From: an uncultured beta proteobacterium
GTDB lineage: Bacteria > Pseudomonadota > Gammaproteobacteria > Burkholderiales > Gallionellaceae
Assembly: GCA_963827265.1 (NCBI GenBank)
Contig: CAWHAD010000002.1
Coordinates: forward strand, 144,030 to 208,029
Direction: 5' to 3'
DNA length: 64,000 bases
The translations under genes and the position numbers were made by a program. Below the pieces are notes generated by a model. It ran no database searches. It worked only from the letters and a program-made list of their open reading frames with translations, and was not told the DNA's origin. Positions 49,224-59,597 of the stretch are shown one piece after another; within the stretch, counting starts at the first letter, position 1, and the number at the start of each line of letters is the position of its first letter.

Positions 49224-50213
49224 TCACGACACCCCTTGATAATAGAGGTTCTGCGGGTGATTCGCCTCGGCGAAAAAGAACCAGCGTTCGGCCAGCAGCC
49301 CGGCATATTGCAGCACGAAGGCTGTGCCGAGCAACCACGCAGCCGGGTAGGACAGCGAGATGAACAGCAGCAGCAGCGGAATCACGAAGGCGAACACCAG
49401 GAATGCCGGCTTGATCGCGCGCAGGAATGCAGCGCTTTTGCCATGGAAGAACTCGCGCGTGTTGAACGAGCCGCCCATTGCACCCTGTGATTTTTGCACG
49501 ATTTTCGGATGCTTGATGCCGATCGCCGTTTGCACGGTCGATGTCGGGCGCAGCCGCGCATTGCGCCACAGCGAGGTGCTGCGGCCGAACAGCCCGAGCA
49601 GGGTGATGATGAATGCCCAGTAGGCAAAGAAGCTTGCCTGCGTCGGTGAATAATTGGTCGCAAAGAAAGTCGCGAAGAATGCGGCCAGCGTGAATCCCGA
49701 GGCGCCGCCGAGCAGCACGAAATTGATCACCGTCAGCGGCGTATGCCATTCGCGCAGGAAACGCAGACAGGCATAGATCATCGCGGTGCAGACGAACAGC
49801 ACAAAGGCCAGCACGGTCCCGATGCCGCCCGACACGATGCTGAGATCGACCGGCATTCCGCCGCGCAGGATGACCAGCACCGGCCTGAAATCCAGCAGAT
49901 GCGTCACGCCATACACAAACACCACGCCCATGAACGCGGGCAGCGCAATCACTTCACGCGACAGCCATGAGGTGCGCCACTGGGTTGCCGTGCGCCAGGC
50001 GCGTTCCGGATGGCCGAGATGGAAGAACGAAGCGGCCAGCCCTCCGATCAGGAACAGCAGCGCGAGCATGCTGCCATAGCCGTAGAACGCATCGTTCTGC
50101 AGCGGCAGCAGGCCGAACAGCGCGTAGGATTGCTGCGTGTACAGCGCGAGGAACAGCCCCTGGCCGACGCCGATCAGGGTGGTAAGAAAGATGACTGAGA
50201 ATGCTGGTTTCAT
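49224..50213 (-). CDS. soeC: SoeC membrane anchor (DmsC family)
   Basis: PAFSVIFLTT, HLGHPERAWR..QWRTSWLSRE, ERWFFFAEA.HPQNLYY. Confidence 0.92.
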   Translation of the reverse strand: MKPAFSVIFLTTLIGVGQGLFLALYTQQSYALFGLLPLQNDAFYGYGSMLALLFLIGGLAASFFHLGHPERAWRTATQWRTSWLSREVIALPAFMGVVFVYGVTHLLDFRPVLVILRGGMPVDLSIVSGGIGTVLAFVLFVCTAMIYACLRFLREWHTPLTVINFVLLGGASGFTLAAFFATFFATNYSPTQASFFAYWAFIITLLGLFGRSTSLWRNARLRPTSTVQTAIGIKHPKIVQKSQGAMGGSFNTREFFHGKSAAFLRAIKPAFLVFAFVIPLLLLFISLSYPAAWLLGTAFVLQYAGLLAERWFFFAEANHPQNLYYQGVS

Positions 50214-50230
50214 AGCTATATCGTTGGAAA

Positions 50231-50962
50231 TTACCAGGACGTGACATCATCGAGGGTAGGATCGGATTTTTTCGGTTTGGGCAGCTTGCCGTCGACCTTG
50301 AGCGGATTATCGACGCGCTCCAGCTCATCCTCGTGTATCTTGAGGCTGGTCTTGCGGCGCGGCAGGTAATGGTTGGCAGGATGGGTGCCCCATTCCGGCA
50401 TCAGCGCATAACCGGCGCTTTCGCGGATCGCCTTCGACACCACCGATTCCGCATCATGCACATCCCCGAACAGCCGGGCGCTGGTCGGGCAGGCCAGCAC
50501 ACACGAAGGCTTGCGGTCCCGTTCCGGCAGTGTCGTATCGTAGATGCGGTCCACGCACAGTGTGCATTTCTTCATCACCTGCTGCTTTTCATCCAGCTCG
50601 CGCGCGCCGTAAGGACAGGCCCACGAGCAATACTTGCAGCCTATGCATTTGTCATAGTCGACCAGCACGATGCCGTCTTCCTTGCGCTTGTAGGATGCGC
50701 CGGTCGGGCACACCGGCACGCACGGCGGATCCTCGCAATGCAGGCATGATTTCGGGAAATGCACCGTCTCGGTGTTCGGATATTGACCAACCTCGAATGT
50801 CTGAACGCGGTTGAAGAAGGTGCCGGTCGGATCGGCACCATAGGGATTCTCGTCGCACAGCGGTCCGGCCGAACCGGAAGTATTCCACTCCTTGCAACTG
50901 GTCACGCAGGCATGACAGCCCACGCACACGTTGAGATCGATTACCAGGGCGAGCTGAGTCAT
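50231..50962 (-). CDS. soeB: SoeB Fe-S subunit
   Basis: CVGCHAC..SCKEWN, CLHCEDPPCVPVCP, CIGCKYCSWACP, CTLC. Confidence 0.93.
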   Translation of the reverse strand: MTQLALVIDLNVCVGCHACVTSCKEWNTSGSAGPLCDENPYGADPTGTFFNRVQTFEVGQYPNTETVHFPKSCLHCEDPPCVPVCPTGASYKRKEDGIVLVDYDKCIGCKYCSWACPYGARELDEKQQVMKKCTLCVDRIYDTTLPERDRKPSCVLACPTSARLFGDVHDAESVVSKAIRESAGYALMPEWGTHPANHYLPRRKTSLKIHEDELERVDNPLKVDGKLPKPKKSDPTLDDVTSW

Positions 50963-51050
50963 AGCGAGCCTTTCATTCCAGCAGGTCCGAGCTGAGTCAT
51001 AGCGAGCTGAGTCATGCGAGCTTCATTCCAGCAGGTCCGAGTTGGGTCAT
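50950..51050 (-). repeat. Four copies of the soeB start sequence ATGACYCARCTCG
   Basis: Seen directly in the soeA-soeB spacer, with a duplicated GACCTGCTGGAATGAA linker. Confidence 0.85.
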
Positions 51051-53986
51051 TTGTCGCCCCCCTTGACGCCGCCGAAATAGGCGAACCACTTGGGACTTTT
51101 TCCCATGCCCGGCACAGCCTTCATCGGTTCGAACTGCGGCGAGGTCTGCTCCGGCTCGCCGGCTTCGGCCGGATAGATGCGCACCCTTACGTCGTACCAG
51201 GCGGCCTGCCCGGTGATCGGGTCTGAATTGGAATAGCGCGAACCATCGGGATTGACCGGCAATTCCTCGGAGATCAGGTGATTCAGCAGAAAACCCTTCT
51301 GCGACTCGTTCGCGTCGGGCGACAGACTCCATGCACCCGCCGCCTTGCCGATCGCATTCCAGGTCCACACCGTGCCCGGCTCCACCGCCTCGGAATAACG
51401 GCACATGCAGCGCACCTTGCCCCATTGCGATTCCACCCACATCCAGCCACCGTCGGCAATACCGGCATCCTGTGCGGCGAGCGGATTCACGAACAGATAA
51501 TTGTGCGTGTGGATCTGGCGCAACCAGGCATTTTGCGAATCCCAGGAATGGTACATGGCCATCGGCCGCTGGGTCACGGCCGCAAGCGGATACTTGATGT
51601 TGTCGCTGGATTGGGTTTCCAGCGGCTCGTAGAAAAACGGCAGCGGATCGAAATAGTTTTCAATGCGCTTGGCCAGATGTGCCGGCGGCTTGCGCGTGAT
51701 ACCGCGACCTTGTGCGGCCAGACGGAATTTCTGCAGCACTTCGGAATACAGGTGGATCAGGATGGGCTCGCCATAGCGGGTGATGCGGTTGCGCTGCGAC
51801 CATTCCAGATAGCCCTTGTTCCAGTTGCGCATGTACTGATAAGACGGCGGCAACTGATAGTGAAACACGCAGTTATTTTTTTCGTACATTTCCCACTGCT
51901 TCGGATTGGGTTCACCGACCAGGGATTTCTCGCCGCCCTTGCCGCGCCAGCCCGCCAGGAATCCGATGCCGGAACCGGGTTCGCTCTCCCAGTTCACGAT
52001 GAAATCGGGATAGTCACGATACTTGCGCTGACCTTCCCTGGTGACGAAGGTGGGCAGCTTCAACCGCGAGCCCAGCTCGATCAGCACTTCCTGAAAAGGC
52101 TTGCATTCGCCGGTCGGCGGCAACACCGGAATGCGCACCGAATCCACCGGGCCGTCGAACTCGGAGATCGGCCGGTCCAGCATCGACATCACGTCATGGC
52201 GCTCCAGATAAGTCGTGTCGGGCAGGATCAGATCCGCATAGGCCGTCGTTTCGGAATGGAACGCATCGCAGACCACGATGAACGGGATCTTGTACTCGCC
52301 GTTCTCTTCCTTGTCGTTGAGCATTTTCCTGACTTCGACGGTGTTCATCGTCGAGTTCCAGCCCATGTTGGCCATGAAGATCAGCAGCGTGTCGATCTTG
52401 TACGGATCGCCGCGCCATGCATTGGTGATCACGTTATGCATCATGCCATGCACCGACAGCGGATATTCCCACGAGAATGCCTTGTCGATGCGCACCGGGC
52501 TGCCGTCCGTATCGACGAACAGATCGTCCGGATCGGATGGCCAACCCAGAGGCATACCGTCCAGCGGCGTGTTCGGCTTGATCGCCAATGGCGTATTCGG
52601 CGTGCGTGCGCACGGCGGGATCGGACGCGGAAACGGTGTCTTGTGGCGGAATCCGCCGGGACGGTCAATGGTGCCCAGCAGTGTCATCAGGATCGCCAGC
52701 GAGCGTATTGTCTGGAAGCCGTTGGAGTGCGCAGCCAGTCCGCGCATCGCGTGGAAAGCCACCGGATTGCCGGTAACGCTGTCGTGTTCCTTGCCCCATG
52801 AGTCGGTCCACGCGATCGGCAATTCGATCTTCTGGTCGCGTGCGGTGATGCCCATCTCGTAGGCGAGACGGCGGATGGTCCCGACCGGAATGCCGGTAAC
52901 GCCGCTTGCCCACTCCGGCGTGTAATCTTTTACCCGTTCCTGCAACAACTGGAACGCGGGTTTGACCGGCACGCCGTCGGGCAGCTTGAATTCGCCGAAC
53001 AGGAATGGGTCTGCTCCCTCGGTGTGGGTGATCACCGGCTTGTTGGTATTGCGGTCCCACCACAATTTATTTTGCGGGTCATAACAACCCTCCTCCTCCG
53101 GCACCTCGGTGCGCACGAACATGCCGAATTCGTCATGCGCGTCGTCGAGATTCACCAGCTGGCCCGAATTGGTGTAACGCACCAGGAAGTCGCGATCGTA
53201 CAGACCGAGCGCGATGATCTCGTGGATCAGCGCAAGCAGCAGCGCGCCGTCGGTGCCGGGACGTATGCCCACCCATTCGTCGGCGATCGCCGAGTAGCCG
53301 GTGCGTATCGGGTTGATGGAAATGAAACGGCCGCCATCGCGTTTGAATTTCGAGATTGCGATCTTCATCGGATTGGAATGGTGGTCTTCTGCCGTGCCGA
53401 TCATCACGAACAGCTTGGCGCGATCCAGATCCGGCCCGCCGAATTCCCAGAACGAGCCGCCTATGGTGTAGATCATTCCGGCGGCCATGTTCACCGAACA
53501 GAAACCGCCGTGCGCGGCATAGTTGGGTGTGCCGAACTGGCGCGCAAACATTCCGGTCAGCGCCTGCATCTGGTCGCGTCCGGTAAACAGCGCAAATTTC
53601 TTCGGATCGGTGGCGCGTATCTTGCCCAACCGCTCGGCGAGGATATCGAAAGTCTCTTCCCAGCTGACCTCCTCGAATTCTCCTGCACCGCGGTCTGTCC
53701 CGGGTTTGCGGCGCAGCGGCCTGGTCAGTCGCGCCGGGGAATACTGCTTCATGATGCCGGAGCTGCCCTTGGCACAGATCACCCCGTTGTTGAGCGGATG
53801 ATCCGGATTGCCGTCTATATAGCGCACCGCGCCGTCGCGCAGATGGACGCGTATACCGCAACGGCAGGCACACATGTAGCAGGTCGTGTTGCGCACCTCG
53901 TTCTTTGCGTTCGGCACCGGAGGGGAAAGCGGGTCGTGAAGCGGAGCAATCGTGCTCTGCGAGTCTCCGAAGTTATGGGTATCCAT
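51047..53986 (-). CDS. soeA: SoeA cytoplasmic sulfite dehydrogenase (molybdopterin)
   Basis: TTCYMCACRC, HGGFCSVN, AMRGLAAHSN, YHSWDSQN; no Tat signal. Confidence 0.95.
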   Translation of the reverse strand: MDTHNFGDSQSTIAPLHDPLSPPVPNAKNEVRNTTCYMCACRCGIRVHLRDGAVRYIDGNPDHPLNNGVICAKGSSGIMKQYSPARLTRPLRRKPGTDRGAGEFEEVSWEETFDILAERLGKIRATDPKKFALFTGRDQMQALTGMFARQFGTPNYAAHGGFCSVNMAAGMIYTIGGSFWEFGGPDLDRAKLFVMIGTAEDHHSNPMKIAISKFKRDGGRFISINPIRTGYSAIADEWVGIRPGTDGALLLALIHEIIALGLYDRDFLVRYTNSGQLVNLDDAHDEFGMFVRTEVPEEEGCYDPQNKLWWDRNTNKPVITHTEGADPFLFGEFKLPDGVPVKPAFQLLQERVKDYTPEWASGVTGIPVGTIRRLAYEMGITARDQKIELPIAWTDSWGKEHDSVTGNPVAFHAMRGLAAHSNGFQTIRSLAILMTLLGTIDRPGGFRHKTPFPRPIPPCARTPNTPLAIKPNTPLDGMPLGWPSDPDDLFVDTDGSPVRIDKAFSWEYPLSVHGMMHNVITNAWRGDPYKIDTLLIFMANMGWNSTMNTVEVRKMLNDKEENGEYKIPFIVVCDAFHSETTAYADLILPDTTYLERHDVMSMLDRPISEFDGPVDSVRIPVLPPTGECKPFQEVLIELGSRLKLPTFVTREGQRKYRDYPDFIVNWESEPGSGIGFLAGWRGKGGEKSLVGEPNPKQWEMYEKNNCVFHYQLPPSYQYMRNWNKGYLEWSQRNRITRYGEPILIHLYSEVLQKFRLAAQGRGITRKPPAHLAKRIENYFDPLPFFYEPLETQSSDNIKYPLAAVTQRPMAMYHSWDSQNAWLRQIHTHNYLFVNPLAAQDAGIADGGWMWVESQWGKVRCMCRYSEAVEPGTVWTWNAIGKAAGAWSLSPDANESQKGFLLNHLISEELPVNPDGSRYSNSDPITGQAAWYDVRVRIYPAEAGEPEQTSPQFEPMKAVPGMGKSPKWFAYFGGVKGGDK

Positions 53987-54089
53987 TGAATTCCATCGAT
54001 TGTTGAGTGTTGAATTCCGACTATGCAAGTAGGAATAAGCGTGATCTGTGCAGGTGCGATAGTATCCGTAATTGCACCCGACTCCAACC

Positions 54090-54131
54090 ATAGCCGTGAT
54101 GAGCTATTGGTGTATAACCCATTAGGGGTAT
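54090..54131. promoter_or_regulatory. Paired palindromic operator candidates in the soeA/sat divergent region
   Basis: ATAGCCG-TGAT-GAGCTAT (54090-54107) and ATAACCC-ATTA-GGGGTAT (54114-54131). Confidence 0.6.
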
Positions 54132-54207
54132 CGTAGTCAGACCTCTAAAGCTCTAGCATACCCCTACCGTTGATCCGGATGAAATACAAACTCTAGGGAG
54201 AAACAAA

Positions 54208-55422
54208 ATGGCACTCGTAAGACCGCATGGTGGAGGCAACCTTGAACCCTTGCTGCTCAAAGGGAAAGCGCTTGCGAACGAATTGGAGCGAGCGCGCACC
54301 TTGCGTCGCATCAAAATCAGCTCCCGCGAAAAAGGCGACCTGGTGATGATGGGCATCGGCGGTTTCACCCCGCTGGAAGGTTTCATGTCCTTTCCCGACT
54401 GGCAGGGCGTATGCGCCGGGATGAAAATGGCCAACGGGATATTCTGGCCCATCCCGATCACCCTCTCCACCGATTTCCTCACTGCAAACGACATCGAGAC
54501 CGGCAGCGAAGTTGCGCTGATCGACCCGGAAGACGGCAGCATTCTGGCGACGATGCGCATCACCGAAAAATACACCATCGACAAGGCGCACGAATGCGCC
54601 ACCGTGTTCAACACGGTCGACATCGAACATCCCGGCGTGAAAATGGTCATGGCACAGGGCGATGTCAACCTCGCCGGTCCGGTCAAGGTATTGTCCCTTG
54701 GCGGTTTCGATCAGAAGTACGGCGAACTGTTCATGACGCCGCAGCAGACACGCGATATGTTCGAAGAATTGGGCTGGAGCAAGATTGCGGCGTTCCAGAC
54801 GCGCAATCCGATGCACCGCTCGCACGAATACCTCGCGAAAATCGCGATCGAAATCTGCGATGGCGTATTGATCCACTCGCTGCTCGGCAACCTCAAACCG
54901 GGCGACATCCCCGCCGACGTCCGTACCGAAGCCATCGGCACGCTGGTCGAAAAATATTTCGTCAAGAACACCATCGTGCAGGCGGGTTACCCGCTGGACA
55001 TGCGCTACGCGGGCCCGCGCGAAGCGCTGCTGCATGCGCTGTTCCGCCAGAACTACGGTTGTTCGCATCTGATTGTCGGGCGTGATCACGCCGGCGTCGG
55101 CAGCTACTACGGCCCGTTCGATGCGCATCACATCTTCGACGAGATTCCGAAAGCGTCGATGGAAACCCAGCCGCTCAAGATCGACTGGACTTTCTGGTGC
55201 TACGAGTGCGGCGGCATGGCATCGGCGCGCACCTGCCCGCACGACGAGAAGGACCGCTTGCTGGTTTCCGGAACCAAGTTGCGCAAATGGCTATCCGAAG
55301 GAGCCGATGTACCGGCTGAATTCAGCCGGCCCGAGGTACTGGCAATATTGCGCGCCTATTACGCAAGTATCGAAGAAAATGAAAAAGTGGAAGTAAAACT
55401 CAGCGGTCACTCTGCACGCTAG
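54208..55422 (+). CDS. sat: ATP sulfurylase
   Basis: [30 protein letters not shown]. Confidence 0.97.
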   Translation: MALVRPHGGGNLEPLLLKGKALANELERARTLRRIKISSREKGDLVMMGIGGFTPLEGFMSFPDWQGVCAGMKMANGIFWPIPITLSTDFLTANDIETGSEVALIDPEDGSILATMRITEKYTIDKAHECATVFNTVDIEHPGVKMVMAQGDVNLAGPVKVLSLGGFDQKYGELFMTPQQTRDMFEELGWSKIAAFQTRNPMHRSHEYLAKIAIEICDGVLIHSLLGNLKPGDIPADVRTEAIGTLVEKYFVKNTIVQAGYPLDMRYAGPREALLHALFRQNYGCSHLIVGRDHAGVGSYYGPFDAHHIFDEIPKASMETQPLKIDWTFWCYECGGMASARTCPHDEKDRLLVSGTKLRKWLSEGADVPAEFSRPEVLAILRAYYASIEENEKVEVKLSGHSAR

Positions 55423-55428
55423 AAAACA

Positions 55429-55582
55429 CCCCCTCCCCTTTGCACCCGCAGGGGGTAGACCGTGGTTGTACAGCCGCTGAAGCGGCAACAACCTCGCACA
55501 CGGGGGAGGGCTGTAACCAGCGACTTGGCTGGCGTTTTTTGGCAGCCTAGTCGAATGGCTAGTAGTTTTATCGGGGAGAGGG
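55429..55582. repeat. Composite repeat: REP-like CCCCTCCC/GGGGAGGG hairpin plus third 48-bp element (55511-55561)
   Basis: CTGTAACCAGCGACTTGGCTG..CAGCCTAGTCGAATGGCTA is nearly identical to the unit at 23393. Confidence 0.8.
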
Positions 55583-55635
55583 GAAGCTCTTCTTTGACCC
55601 CCATTTTTACCAATTTTTGTTCGGGTTGATTAAGT

Positions 55636-55669
55636 AAAGTAATGGTGGTAGGAAAGTAATGGTGGTAGG
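55636..55669 (+). repeat. 17-bp tandem direct repeat upstream of aprM
   Basis: AAAGTAATGGTGGTAGG x2. Confidence 0.85.
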
Positions 55670-55769
55670 TTCGTAGGGTGAAGAATTTTTGTGGGGGTTA
55701 CTTTTTCTATACTCGACGGCCAACCGATTTAAGGTTAATTTTGCGTCTGAAATTTTTGAGGAGAACCTA

Positions 55770-56606
55770 ATGTTCACGAGCAACCCCTTTGCCGAACTAT
55801 CGGCATCAATTCCAACCGTCTACATGCAGGGGTATATCGTCCTGATGGTCCTGCTGGTCATAGTCGGGACAATACTTGACATGATGCATAAGAAAAGCGC
55901 GCAGTACTTTTTCGAAAATGCGAAAAAAGCGCAGAAAAGCGCAAAACGGTCAGTGGGTGGTGGAGAAAAAGCAGCGATTGCCGCTTCAGTGCTGGCAAAA
56001 GAAATATTAACTTCCGGCGAATTCAGCAATACAAGGCGCAGGCTTTCCCATCTGTTGACCATGTACGGAACCATTATTTTCGTTGTGACTACCGCGATTA
56101 TGATTTTTGGCTATCCCACGCCGGCAACGCCCACACCTGCCCTGCTGCCACAGCTATGGCATATCGGTGCACTGATGCTGGCCGTTGGTGGATACTGGTT
56201 CTGGTTTTCTATCCGCGTTGATGTCTCTGCGGAAGGCCTTCCATGGTTTCGGTTCGAGCGTGCGGATTTATTTATTCTTTCGCTTCTTGCCACCTCGACT
56301 TTCGCATTAATCTGGTCATTTACCGGCGGTGGATTAACCATATTCTTTGCCTTGTTCATCCTGTCAAGCACTGTTCTCTTTGGCGGCGTTTATTGGTCCA
56401 AGTTTGCTCACATGTTCTTTAAGCCCGCTGCGGCCTACCAGAAAAAAATTACCAGGGCCGATGGTTCCAGAGAGAATTTGCCTCCTGACTATGATTTGAC
56501 GGATCCTGAAGTACAGCGAAAGTTTCCGGATATCCCTATGTATATGGGAAAGAACCCGCCAAACATGGGGCTTTGTATCAAGGCTGAAAGACCAAACCAC
56601 TACTAA
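55770..56606 (+). CDS. aprM: AprM membrane anchor
   Basis: HKKSA.YFF, RRLSHLLTMYG, WSKFAHMFFKP; directly upstream of aprB. Confidence 0.92.
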   Translation: MFTSNPFAELSASIPTVYMQGYIVLMVLLVIVGTILDMMHKKSAQYFFENAKKAQKSAKRSVGGGEKAAIAASVLAKEILTSGEFSNTRRRLSHLLTMYGTIIFVVTTAIMIFGYPTPATPTPALLPQLWHIGALMLAVGGYWFWFSIRVDVSAEGLPWFRFERADLFILSLLATSTFALIWSFTGGGLTIFFALFILSSTVLFGGVYWSKFAHMFFKPAAAYQKKITRADGSRENLPPDYDLTDPEVQRKFPDIPMYMGKNPPNMGLCIKAERPNHY

Positions 56607-56649
56607 CACTGACTTGACTAATTATCTATAAGAAATAGAGGAATATATT

Positions 56650-57132
56650 ATGCCAACTTTTGTATATATGACGCGTTGTGATGGTTGTGGAGAATGCGTT
56701 GACATCTGCCCATCTGACATCATGCACATCGATAAAAAGCTGCGTCGTGCTTACAACATCGAACCTAGTATGTGCTGGGAATGCTATTCCTGTGTAAAAG
56801 CATGTCCACACCAGGCGATTGATGTTCGCGGTTATGCCGACTTTGCACCACTTGGACACAGTGTTCGAGTGCTCCGTGATGAGGAAAAAGGCACGATTGC
56901 GTGGCGCATCAAGTTCCGTAACGGCAAGAAAGACATGGAGCTGCTGGCACCTATCACGACCAAGCCCTGGGGCAAGCATATTCCCAAGCTGGCAGATCAG
57001 CCTGCTCCCAGCAAGGAGATGCGAGACAGCCAACTGTTGTTTAATGAGCCTAAATACATCCGCATGGATGAAGGTGGGTTACACACACTGGAATCCAATG
57101 GCTTGGAAATTAAGGAAGGGGTGCAATACTAA
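56650..57132 (+). CDS. aprB: APS reductase beta subunit
   Basis: MPTFVYMTRCDGC, CWECYSCVKACP, RGYADF. Confidence 0.97.
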   Translation: MPTFVYMTRCDGCGECVDICPSDIMHIDKKLRRAYNIEPSMCWECYSCVKACPHQAIDVRGYADFAPLGHSVRVLRDEEKGTIAWRIKFRNGKKDMELLAPITTKPWGKHIPKLADQPAPSKEMRDSQLLFNEPKYIRMDEGGLHTLESNGLEIKEGVQY

Positions 57133-59021
57133 TGAGCTACCAGACAATTATTGAAGACAATATCGACATCCTGGTTGTAGGTGCGGGCCTGGGCGGTACG
57201 GGTGCGGCATTTGAAGCAAGATATTGGGGTCGGGACAAGAATATCGTCATCGCCGAAAAGGCAAACATCATGCGTTCTGGTGCGGTAGCCCAGGGCCTGT
57301 ATGCGATCAACTGTTACATGGGTACACGCTTTGGCGAGAACAATCCCGAAGATCATGTGCGCTATGCACGTATCGACCTGATGGGTATGGTGCGTGAAGA
57401 CTTGCTGTTTGACATGGCACGCCACGTAGACTCCACTGTGCATAACTTTGAAGAGTGGGGTCTTCCCATCATGCGCAACGAGAAGAAGGGTTCGTTTCTG
57501 CGTGAAGGGCGTTGGCAGATCATGATTCATGGTGAATCTTATAAGCCTATCGTTGCTGAAGCAGCCAAGAAGTCAGCGGACAAGGTTTTCAACCGCATCT
57601 GTGTGACCCACCTCCTGATGGATGAATCCAAAGAAAACCGTGTTGCCGGTGCCGTGGGCTTTAATGTTCGCACGGGTAACTACCACGTGTTCAAGTCCAA
57701 GACCGTTATCTGTGGTGCCGGTGGTGCTTCCAACATCTTCAAGCCGCGTTCTGTCGGTGAAGGTGCGGGTCGTGTCTGGTACGCACCGTGGTCTTCGGGT
57801 TCTGCATATGGCCTGATGATCGAAGCCGGTGCAAAGATGACACAAATGGAAAACCGTATCGTACTGGCTCGATTCAAGGATGGTTACGGTCCGGTCGGTG
57901 CCTACTTCCTGCATCTCAAGACCTATACCCAGAATGGCTACGGTGAAGAGTATGAGTCCAAGTGGTTCCCGGCACTTCAGCAAATGGTAGGCAAAGAATA
58001 CCTGGACCCGGAAGTTTCGCACAGAACTCATCGTCCCATTCCGACCTGTCTGCGTAACCACGCAATAATCAACGAGGTTAATGCCGGTCGTGGCCCGATT
58101 CACATGGTCACCATGGAAGCCTTCCAGGACCCTCATCTTGAAGAGATCGGTTGGCACAACTTCCTGGGCATGACTGTTGGTCAGGCGGTACTTTGGGCAG
58201 CCACAGACGTTGATCCCAAGTATGAAAACCCTGAGCTGACGACCTCTGAGCCTTATGTTATGGGTTCACATGCTACCGGTTGCGGCGCCTGGTGTTCAGG
58301 CCCTGAAGACGTATCTCCACCGGAGTACTTCTGGGGCTACAACCGCATGACGACCGTTGAAGGTCTGTTCGGTGCGGGTGATGCGGTTGGCGGTACACCG
58401 CACGCTTTCTCATCAGGATCGTTCACTGAAGGTCGTCTGGCTGCCAAGGCTGCCTGTAAATATATTGATGATGGCAAAGCAGAGGGCATCCGTGTTTCTG
58501 ACGCTCAGATCAATCGTCGTAAGGAACAGATCTACAAGCCCATGGAAACTTACCGTGTTTACAGTAATGAAGTGGTTGCCGGTACCGTTAATCCTAACTT
58601 CATCAATCCGAGACAGGGTCTTGATCGTTTGCAGAAGATGATGGATGAGTACTGTGGTGGTTTTGGTGTTAACTACATGACCAACGACAAACTCCTGAAC
58701 ATCGGTCTGAAGAAGATGTCGATTCTGGGAGAAGATCTGGAAAAGGTTGCTGCGTCAGATATCCATGAACTGCTGCGTGCATGGGAGCTGAAACATCGTT
58801 TCCTTACTTCTGAGAGTGTATTCCAGCATACGCTGTTCCGTAAGGAGACACGTTGGCCGGGTTACTACTACCGTGGTGATGTAATGAAGCTGGATGATAA
58901 GAACTGGCACGTACTGACAGTTTCTCGTCGTGATCCCAAGACGGGTGAGTACACGATGGAAAAAGCACCGCTCTACCACCTGGTAGGTGATGTAGAGAAA
59001 GCGCCGCCAGAAGCGCACTAA
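57132..59021 (+). CDS. aprA: APS reductase alpha subunit
   Basis: RSGAVAQGL, WQIMIHGESYK, RFKDGYGPVGA, FSSGSFTEG, ETRWPG. Confidence 0.97.
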   Translation: MSYQTIIEDNIDILVVGAGLGGTGAAFEARYWGRDKNIVIAEKANIMRSGAVAQGLYAINCYMGTRFGENNPEDHVRYARIDLMGMVREDLLFDMARHVDSTVHNFEEWGLPIMRNEKKGSFLREGRWQIMIHGESYKPIVAEAAKKSADKVFNRICVTHLLMDESKENRVAGAVGFNVRTGNYHVFKSKTVICGAGGASNIFKPRSVGEGAGRVWYAPWSSGSAYGLMIEAGAKMTQMENRIVLARFKDGYGPVGAYFLHLKTYTQNGYGEEYESKWFPALQQMVGKEYLDPEVSHRTHRPIPTCLRNHAIINEVNAGRGPIHMVTMEAFQDPHLEEIGWHNFLGMTVGQAVLWAATDVDPKYENPELTTSEPYVMGSHATGCGAWCSGPEDVSPPEYFWGYNRMTTVEGLFGAGDAVGGTPHAFSSGSFTEGRLAAKAACKYIDDGKAEGIRVSDAQINRRKEQIYKPMETYRVYSNEVVAGTVNPNFINPRQGLDRLQKMMDEYCGGFGVNYMTNDKLLNIGLKKMSILGEDLEKVAASDIHELLRAWELKHRFLTSESVFQHTLFRKETRWPGYYYRGDVMKLDDKNWHVLTVSRRDPKTGEYTMEKAPLYHLVGDVEKAPPEAH

Positions 59022-59098
59022 GCAAATGCAGGCTTGATTTACCGGTTTTGTAAAATCAGGCCTGCGAATATATATTTGCGATAACTTGTCAGTGTATT

Positions 59099-59135
59099 AA
59101 AGAGGACCGGCATATTTTATGTTGGTCCTCTTTTT
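59099..59135 (+). terminator. Terminator after aprA
   Basis: AAAGAGGACC..GGTCCTCTTTTT; a second hairpin lies at ~59028-59065. Confidence 0.7.
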
Positions 59136-59213
59136 ATCTATTTCAGCAAGAGTGTGAATCATCGCTTATGAAAAATCTATGAAAGCACATGTTTTTTTAA
59201 GGTGAGATATTTT

Positions 59214-59564
59214 ATGAATATTATTGAAAAAACAGATGAAGAGATTTTAGAGTTGGCCAACCCGATGTGGGCTGATCTTATCAAGTACTCTAATGAAGGA
59301 AACTACGGTGCTTTCACGCGTAATTTTTCGAGCTCTTTTATTGCGGGTGCCAATGAGGTTGAAATGGGTAAGCAGTTTGCGAGAAGCGACCTTGCGAAAA
59401 ACCTGTCAGAAGATTATTCGTATCTTGGCATGATACGCCGTGGAGAATATGTCACTGTTTTATATAAAGTGATAAACAAAAAAAATAAAAGTGAATGGCT
59501 GGGCAGACTGGTGCTGGGTTATGAAAGGGACAAGGTGAGAATCTTCGGCGCTACGCTGTTCTAA
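59214..59564 (+). CDS. Hypothetical protein
   Basis: Open ORF with RBS-like AAGGTG, AT-rich. Confidence 0.7.
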   Translation: MNIIEKTDEEILELANPMWADLIKYSNEGNYGAFTRNFSSSFIAGANEVEMGKQFARSDLAKNLSEDYSYLGMIRRGEYVTVLYKVINKKNKSEWLGRLVLGYERDKVRIFGATLF

Positions 59565-59597
59565 GAAAACTTTATCATTAATCAGGCCCTTCCAGTC

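Noticed and set aside
55419-55613. 64-aa minus-strand ORF
   Set aside because: It is a translation of the REP-like and 48-bp repeats, antisense to sat-aprM
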